This document shows positions 56,211-64,000 of a stretch of 64,000 bases of DNA, one piece after another (within the stretch, counting starts at the first letter, position 1; each line of letters starts with the position of its first letter). The position numbers and the translations under genes are program-made. The notes under the pieces are model-generated. The model did no database searches and had not been told where the DNA came from. It saw nothing but the letters and a program-made list of their open reading frames with translations. Origin of the DNA: Azolla caroliniana (taxonomy: Eukaryota > Plantae > Polypodiophyta). Location of the stretch: positions 2,418,001-2,482,000 of the forward strand of contig JBHGNT010000011.1 in NCBI GenBank assembly GCA_043228905.1, given 5' to 3'.

Positions 56211-56754
56211 TGATGAAAGAATTCTATGCGGAGAAGATTGTCTCTTTCTTTCTCTTGAGTATCTTTCGAAGAAAAAAGTGATATGAGTATTGCGGAATAT
56301 GAAACCTGAATTGGAAAAACCACGGGAGTCCACAAACTCCCGAACAAATCACTATGTAGTAGGAGTACAACAAGAGACTTTACGGCAACAACCTTGAGCT
56401 CTTCTTCGTCCACAGATGGTTACAGAATTACAACTCTCACTCTCACTCTACTACACACTAGTTACACACAGTAATGCACTAGTCACACTTTGTAACTTCT
56501 CCTATCATCTCTACAAATGAATTGCCCTAGGTGTATTTATACTAATACACACTATGGGCTATTCACAAATATGGCCTATCCTTGGCGCACCAAGACATAT
56601 TTACATATGTAACCTCTTCCGGATACATCTCCGGATCCAACCGGATGCCTTCCGGCCGATCCGGCTCTCTCCCCTTCAGACCCTTCCAATCCAGCTCACA
56701 CTCTTCCCCATCCAAGGCTTGTTCTCCCCATCCGGAGGGACCTGTTTCCTAACA
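56211..56754 (-). mobile_element. Solo LTR related to family-A Copia
   Basis: Ends ccggagggacctgtttcctaaca, identical to the end of 3812-4449; shares ggaaaaaccacg and ggctatt(t/c)acaaatat blocks; left edge and TSD not resolved. Confidence 0.8.
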
Positions 56755-58783
56755 AAAAGTTATAATATATCTAACTTGAGAATCTCACATGTAGTGAAAA
56801 CCAGATTCCCTCGCCTCTTGTTATCTTATTTACTATTATATTTACTAAGTAATATTTATTTTATTTTGATTTCTTGTTCTCAAAGACGAGACAACACTTA
56901 AAGATGTAATCTCTTGTTTGGTCTTATAGGCCATTTTGGCCTCTTAAAAGACGTTAATATATCTTTCTTTTCTTTCTTAGATCCCAACGATGTTCTGCTG
57001 ACAGCAATCTCTGTGACCTCTCCCAAGATGGCTTGATATTTCTAGTTATTCTATAGATGCCACTACTTCTTAACAACATTTACTACATTGTTTTTTTCTG
57101 TCCATTACATTACTTCAACTGATTATGCTCTTAGTTATAATTTATCCATTTTTATAATGCATCTTATACAACCCCACTCCTATTATTGTATTAAAGGCTT
57201 TGAGCCTCACTAAGAAATGTAGTTCTTGTTTAGTTTCTTTTCTGTTGTCGCTAACATCTTTGGCACTTTACTAATATTCCCAACAGTTTTCTCGCATCAC
57301 GATTTCCCATGTGGGAGAACAAGGATCCCTGTCCTTTTTATTTCCTTACAATGTTAAAACATTATGAGCTTCAAAGCAAATGTGAGCAAAGTCATACGGA
57401 AGCAATGGTGCAAGTAATAGACAAGGGGATATACTGATACGAGAGCAAGGCTGCTAGAACATCTATGACGAGAGAATTCATTGACATTGATCCATTTTGT
57501 GATTGCAAGTGATTATACATGAATGCACACAGATGTAAAGAAACATAAAAGCAAGGACAACAAGTTATGACGAAGTAAAGTTGACGGTGTTCGGAGTTCA
57601 GGGTGACTCAGTGCATGAAGATAAGAAATGATCGCAATTTTTTCCAATCTTTCTCAGATATATTCCCACCTCACGATTTGTATATAATTTTATCTGATAA
57701 GACTTCTTGAGAGCGTCTATTATTACAGCATCAAGGGTACAACCTAGCAAGTAATAGGATACGTCCACACCATTCAGATAGACAGACCTATGAAGGGAGA
57801 ACATGTTCTGCATTTTGCTAGTGTTCAAGAACCATAAATGCTCTCAAATTTGGATTTTGCTTAATTGCATCTCTTCTGACTAAAAGTCTCTAGATTTTGG
57901 GACTGTTGAAACGTTTGATACCAAGAAGCTCATTTAAACTGCAGTTGAAGCAAAGATGACAAGATCTTTATTTTAATGTGGGATCGATCATGATGGTGAT
58001 TTTACCAAGGAAGACTTGATGATGCCTGCTGACTTGTTCGGGCTCAAGACCTTATTACTACTGATGCACACGGCCACCTGCGCATTTACTGAGCTCATTA
58101 GCTTGTAGCTATATAGCTAGAGACCAAGGCTTTTGAAGCCGCAGCACACAAACACCAGAGCATGAAAGTTTGAAAATATGCTAGAGTTGTAGAAGGATCT
58201 TAGACAAAAGTGCACCAGATCTTAGACAAGAGATGGGCAATGGAAAGAGAGAAGGAAATACAAACAGATATTTACATGCAAGTGCACAAAAGAACATCCT
58301 ACGAATATACTTAGTTTGTGTGTAAAATATTAAAGATTGTGACACTTTTTGCAGCTTTTACAGCTCCTGTCCATATGTAATATAATCTATTAATAATAAA
58401 GTGACGTGAAAACTGTTGGTTGTAAGACAAAAAATAATTACAATAATATATCTACATATAAATACGCTCAGATTTTTACCATGTTATGTCGCAGAGCAAG
58501 GAGTTGTATACAAGTGTGCCAACAAACAGACACAAGAGAATCATAGAAGTAGAAACAGCTACTCTTCTGCAAAGATTCTAATGGGAATCAGGGTTTGTCC
58601 CCTTCTCCCTTGATGAAGGCTAAGTTTACTGGCCTACAGGAAAAGAGGCAAAAATCTCCATCAAAATAGTCCCTTTTCAGTCATATGAAAGTCACGGTTT
58701 CCTAACTACAAGGTTTATCAAATTGTCCTACTCCTGTTTTGGAAATTGGGTCTCTGCCCTTGTTACATAGTTTCTGTCCTTGT

Positions 58784-61700
58784 TCAAACTGTATTCTGGG
58801 AGATAACCTCACCGAATTTCTCAAATAGGTGCCCAGGAGAGGCGCTTCCACTTGCTGTGAGATCATCTTTGCTCTTATTGTTTCCGTACTCATCCAAATA
58901 CTTTGCATAATGAAATGCTGGCCTTGTTGGTATAAAAGGTTTTGGAACTGATACTGGGAATAGTGATAATAAGACCTTTACAACATCATTCATTGTTGGC
59001 CTTGCAACTGGCTGTTTCTTTGTGCAGAGGAGAGCCAGTTGCAAAACCTTATTGATGGCGGCAGTGTCTGAACCTGTATCTCTAAGTATTGGATCCACAG
59101 TCTCAGCTAGTAAGTCAGCTTCATGCTTCATGACAACCTGCAGAAAAAGGAAAAGTTCAGTCAATAATGATGATAAAACCTTGCGAGGAATGAATATGTT
59201 TTTGTTGTAAATGATGTAGGATCATACAGTGGGCACAGTTGCAGATAAATGAGGAATTTCTACCCATGGGAAACGGCACCTACCCATTGATGCAAATTGG
59301 TTTCGTCATCCACTGCCCGTCTTCCTGTCATGAGCTCCAAGAGAACGATTCCAAAGCTATAAATGTCAGACTTTTCGTTCAATCTGGATGTTCTTGCATA
59401 TTCAGGATCAATATAACCGATGGTCCCCATGACTAATGTGGATGTGTGTGCCTTGGTCAATGAGATGCTCTTTGCAATTCCAAAATCTGTGAGATGTGCT
59501 TCAAAACTCTGATCAAGAAGAATGTTTGATGACTTAACATCTCTATGTATGATGCGGGGGTTGCAGTCATGGTGCAAATATGCCAGCCCTTTAGCAGCGC
59601 CAAGAGCTATGCTAAGCCTCATGTCCCAATCAAGCTTCATTTTTTTCGCACCTGAACAAAGACAGAGCTAATCATCATAACAGTTTCAGGCAGGTAATGA
59701 CTGAATATATTCACACAACAAAAACAAGAAAAAAAAGATACATTTTTCTGGGATGATTTTCAAGTATATTTGCAGCAGGTCATTTTTCTGGGATGATTTT
59801 CACGTATATTTGCAGCAGGTTAAAACTATGCTAGGTTGAAGGAGAGTTTGAAAACAGTTGTTGTAGTTGATATGAAATGAACACGGCAATGCAAAAAACA
59901 CTCTGAATCTAAAGGGATGATCATGATGCACTCTTTACTTACCGTCAGATTGTAAAGAAAAAGATAGAATGGGAATATATGGTAATGCATGGCACATACC
60001 ATGCAACAGGTCCCAAAGGCTTCCATTCTCCATGAATTCATAGAAAAGCAGATTTCCGTGTGGTGAAAGAGAATACCCTTGCAAACTGACAAGGTTTCGA
60101 TGTTTTATTCTTCCCACAGTATCAAGCTCAGCCTCAAATTCACGAGTACTTTGTTGGTAATTATGGTAAAGCTTCTTGACTGCAAGAGGCTTTCCGCTCT
60201 TCAGAATGCACTTGTAAACTGTGCTAGATGCCCCAAAACCAATGACATACCTCTGGCTTAGGTTATCAGTTAGTCTCATTATGTCTTCATAAGAATGGCC
60301 AGATAAATCCATATTTAATATAACAATCCGAGGAGTTCCTGTGCAACAACCCAATATTTCAGAAGAATATAAGAAGTAATCAAACAGGTTTCAAGTACAA
60401 GGGTTACATGAATACGGTGTCACCTTGAAGAGGCTTTCCATCTGCTTTTGATCCAGACTTCTCAGAACGTTGGTAGTTGTACTTCCATATCCAAGCCAAA
60501 AGGGCAATAACAGTTATAGCACCAGCAAGTCCCAATCCAATGACCAGATGCTTTATTTTCACGCCTATATATACAATACATTAAGTGAGTAACCATGTGA
60601 TACAGATAAAGTTAACAAATTAAAAATTTGGCACACTCACCATTGGTAGACTCATCATAAGACCGACATACAATTCCTATTTTCTTTCCACACAAAGCCT
60701 TGTTACCAAGGAAACTACAGACAAACCCATCAGCTGTGAGAAAGCTCTTTGGAGTTTGGATAATAGCAAGAAGATTACCTACCTAGCAATTGAAAATCGT
60801 GTAAAGTTCTTTATATCAGGTATCTCCCCCGAAAGATTGTTGTAGGAAAGGTTCCTGTTACCAAGTTAGGTTCATGTCAAAGATGAATCATATATGAGAT
60901 CACGTGAAGTGAGAGTTCAGTTATATTGTCCATTGCTTACAAAGTAGCCAGACTCAAGCAATTTGCAAGCTCCACCGGGATGACTCCACTTAACTCATTG
61001 TTATTAAGAGATCTAGGAAAGCAAAGAAAGGAATTATAAATTGTGTAAAAGTCTCTACTAGAAAAGTCTTAGTCGAAAGGCTGAAAGACACTCACAACGT
61101 GGAAAGGTCCTGCAGTTCACCTAATTCCTGAGGAATGGGTCCTGACAGATGATTGTATGACAGGTCCCTGCGTAATTAGGTCTTATAAATGAATATGGAT
61201 TTGTTATATCAGACCTAATATAAAGTTGCAGTAGGTTACATCTTGTAGATATCCCTCAAATTACCAAACTCGACGGTTATTGTTCCAGAAAGTTGATTGT
61301 TGTGTAAATCTCTGTTCATCATCAATACACAATATGAAATTAACCCAGGAGAATTTAAGCGCAACATATTGGTATGTATGCATTCTGAACTCAAACTTAC
61401 AATTCTAGCAGATGCTCAAGGTTGCCAATTGTACTTGGGACAATGCCAGATAAATAATTATTGGATAGATCCCTGTCAGAATCAGGATGAAGCAGAACAT
61501 TTCATTTATGATCTCAACCAGAACAAAACAGTTAAATGTGGATCTCTCTGGAAGCATGTTTCAATGGTTTCGAGGATAATCACACAGGTATGCAAGTTTG
61601 CCTCACAATTTTTCAAGCTGACGTATGTGGCCAAGCTCCTCTGGTATGTTTCCTTGCAAGCGATTGTTTGAAAGGTTTCTAAAAGCACAGAGAAGATGTC

Positions 61701-63843
61701 AACCGGGCCCAAGAATATGAGTAATTAGTCTATAGTAAGGAGGCAATAAATCACTTGGCTTACATTTTTGCAAGATTTCTTATGTCCTGAAGCTCTGTTG
61801 GAATCATACCTGTCAAGAGGTTGTTGTAGGCAGAACTGCATATTAGGAAATTCGAATCTTATTAGATACTATTTGACTTAATCATATGAGCATACATCAT
61901 AATGATGATTAATATTGGAGGATCCAAGCATTCCCATGCACACACTTCAGAATTGAGATCTAATATAACCAAAAAAATCAAAATCAAGTATCTGCATAAT
62001 TGTTCAATTGAGGATTCCAAGCTTCCCAATCAACACTATGAAATTGAGATCTCAGAATATCCAAAAAAACCAAAACCCAAGCACAATTACTTTTTGAAGT
62101 AAGAACCCCTTACAAGGCAGTCATTGAGATGCAGAAGCTCAGGTTCACTGGAATTGGTCCATCCAGCTGATTATCGGATAAATTTCTGCAGGTTTGTAAT
62201 AGATGAGAACATACATCACAAGTATAGCCAATGGGCACTTCTCATAATGTATTTGCATGGAATCGATCTACAAAAGTTGTCATTTGGTATGCATGCTTAC
62301 AGTTCCCAGAGATTCTGCAGTTGACCAAACTCTGATGGGATTTTCCCAGTGAGGTTATTGTCATAGAGCTGCCTGAAAGTCCATGAATGGAGAAGAGTTT
62401 ATATTCATTAACTCTACTTGGGAATATATGTTTTATACCAAATTATCCAAAGAAATATAGTTCTTACAAGTACTCGAGCTGAGTCATATTCCCAAGCTCA
62501 GGTGGAATGGATCCAGTGAGATAATTTCCGTGCAAGTATCTGATAATAGAATATGATACAGAAGATGCTTCAAAGCCCCGTCAAATACCTACTCCAATAG
62601 ATGATTCAAGTCTGGTTTAACTTACAGAAACCTCGTGAAGGTCAGGTTCCCCAGTATAATTGGAATGGAACCCGAGAGCTGGTTATAACTCAAGTCCCTA
62701 GAATAGACATAGAAAAATTGTTAATATAAGGTGAGCCTTCACTAGTATGCCACACTGGTATCTTAATATAAGGTCATGCAAATAATCTCATCTCAGTGAC
62801 ACATTCAATGGCTGTGGAACATGAATATTCATAAAAACTATCTACACACTTACAAAACTGCCAATGCTTGCATTAGACCGATAACACTTGGGATCTTGCC
62901 AGTGAGCTTATTCCCTTGCAATGCTCTGTAATCAAACATCAACATCATCTACAATGTTTCTTCAACTTAAACACCAATCCAAATTGAAGTGTCCATTAAT
63001 GTCTGGGCTTCATGCATCATGAAATACAACATACTCCATGCAGTTGAGATTAAAAAACCATGCATCATATGCAATGTGCTCCATGAAGTTGAGATCAAAC
63101 AGCATGCATTCATTATATACAGCATGCTCCATGTAGTTGAGATCAAACAACATTTGTTATATACAACATACTCCATACAGTTGAGATCAAACAACATACA
63201 TTATATATCTTTGTAATAAGCCCTGTTTTGGCATTTGTATTAGCAGTCATAAATTTTCAAACTTACAGTGTGGCCACTTGAAGGAATCCGATATTGTAAG
63301 GAATGCTCCCGGAGAAATCATTGGATGCTAAATCCCTGTAGTTTTACAACAAAAATGCCTTGATGATGAGCCTGGTTAAGTCCTTGTTCAACAGTGTATG
63401 CAAGAGGCACATAAGTGTGAGACTTACAATACTTGCAAACTAGTGCAGTTTCCGATGGTTGCAGGGATTTCACCAGTCAGATTGTTTCCTGCAACATCAC
63501 TGTGAAGGCCTCTCTCTGCATTAGTAACGGATTTCCAGAAACTTGTTGGAAGGTTAAGTGAGATATTAACATTTGAAAAATGCAAACTTGAATCATCATT
63601 ATATGCAAATAGGTGAGATGCATTCATGCATTATACATTGATAAATGTGAAATGCAGCATTCCTATCATCATTACATACAACAGTGAATGAATCTCATGT
63701 TCTAAATGTATAAATAATGTAAGACATCAGTTCACAAAACCGCAAAACACACTAGAATCATGGTTACATACAAATAGATTAGACTGGTGAGTCTCCATAT
63801 ATCTGGTGACAGGCCGCCCGATAAGAAGTTATTCCGCAGCCCT
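58784..63843 (-). CDS. ER: ERECTA-family LRR receptor-like kinase, 3' 20 exons (5' part beyond the window)
   Basis: About fifteen ~72-nt one-LRR exons (e.g. 63772-63843, 63428-63499, 63267-63335 [23 protein letters not shown]), FLGNKALCG cap 60641-60714, TM exon 60424-60564, kinase exons 60000-60338, 59284-59651 ([32 protein letters not shown]), 58784-59137 ending [16 protein letters not shown] versus ERL not resolvable. Confidence 0.95.
59741..59820. repeat. 40-bp tandem duplication in an ER intron
   Basis: catttttctgggatgattttca(a/c)gtatatttgcagcaggt x2. Confidence 0.9.
63010..63200. repeat. About 46-48-bp intronic minisatellite x4 in ER
   Basis: ca(t/a)(a/g)ctccatg(c/a/t)agttgagat(c/t)aaac repeated four times. 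Confidence 0.85.
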
Positions 63844-64000
63844 CTATGTATAAAGAAAAGACTTTGAAGCTTAAGATTCTGAGTTTTTTTTTATGAATGG
63901 AAGCTCAGGATATGACTGAGGGAAAAGAATGATGTTTAGATCATAGAAACTCACATATATTGTAGAACTTCACTCCAATAAATCACCGATGGTATCTCAC

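Overview
Land-plant nuclear DNA, probably a non-seed vascular plant such as a fern (inference from the Tcn1/Tf1-type chromoviruses; not proven). Two nested LTR-retrotransposon clusters (1-18.4 kb and 33.7-52.8 kb) flank a small gene island with three spliced genes that look intact: a type-I ROP GTPase (+), a plastid acyl carrier protein (+) and delta-aminolevulinate dehydratase HEMB/ALAD (-). The 3' twenty exons of an ERECTA-family LRR receptor kinase (-) fill the right end. Three retroelements are bounded by both LTRs and a matching 5-bp TSD: Copia 8555-14373 (AAACC), chromovirus 36447-42065 (ACATC) and Tnt1-like Copia 43460-48507 (TTCGG). The chromovirus is the most interesting object. It has no tRNA PBS but a Tf1-style self-complementary PBS, a G_UUA_AAC -1 frameshift site with a stem-loop/pseudoknot, and an antisense tRNA-like (A-box/B-box) hairpin at the U3 edge of both LTRs. 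Other leads: an Athila/Tat-like Gypsy with a ~880-codon extra coiled-coil ORF behind its own TATA box; a Copia family with a duplicated PPT, an extra 3' ORF and a hairpin enclosing the PPT; a (CCCTAA)n tract in the ROP 5' leader; and a decayed 17-aa-repeat locus. All coordinates were read by eye and may be off by a few bases.
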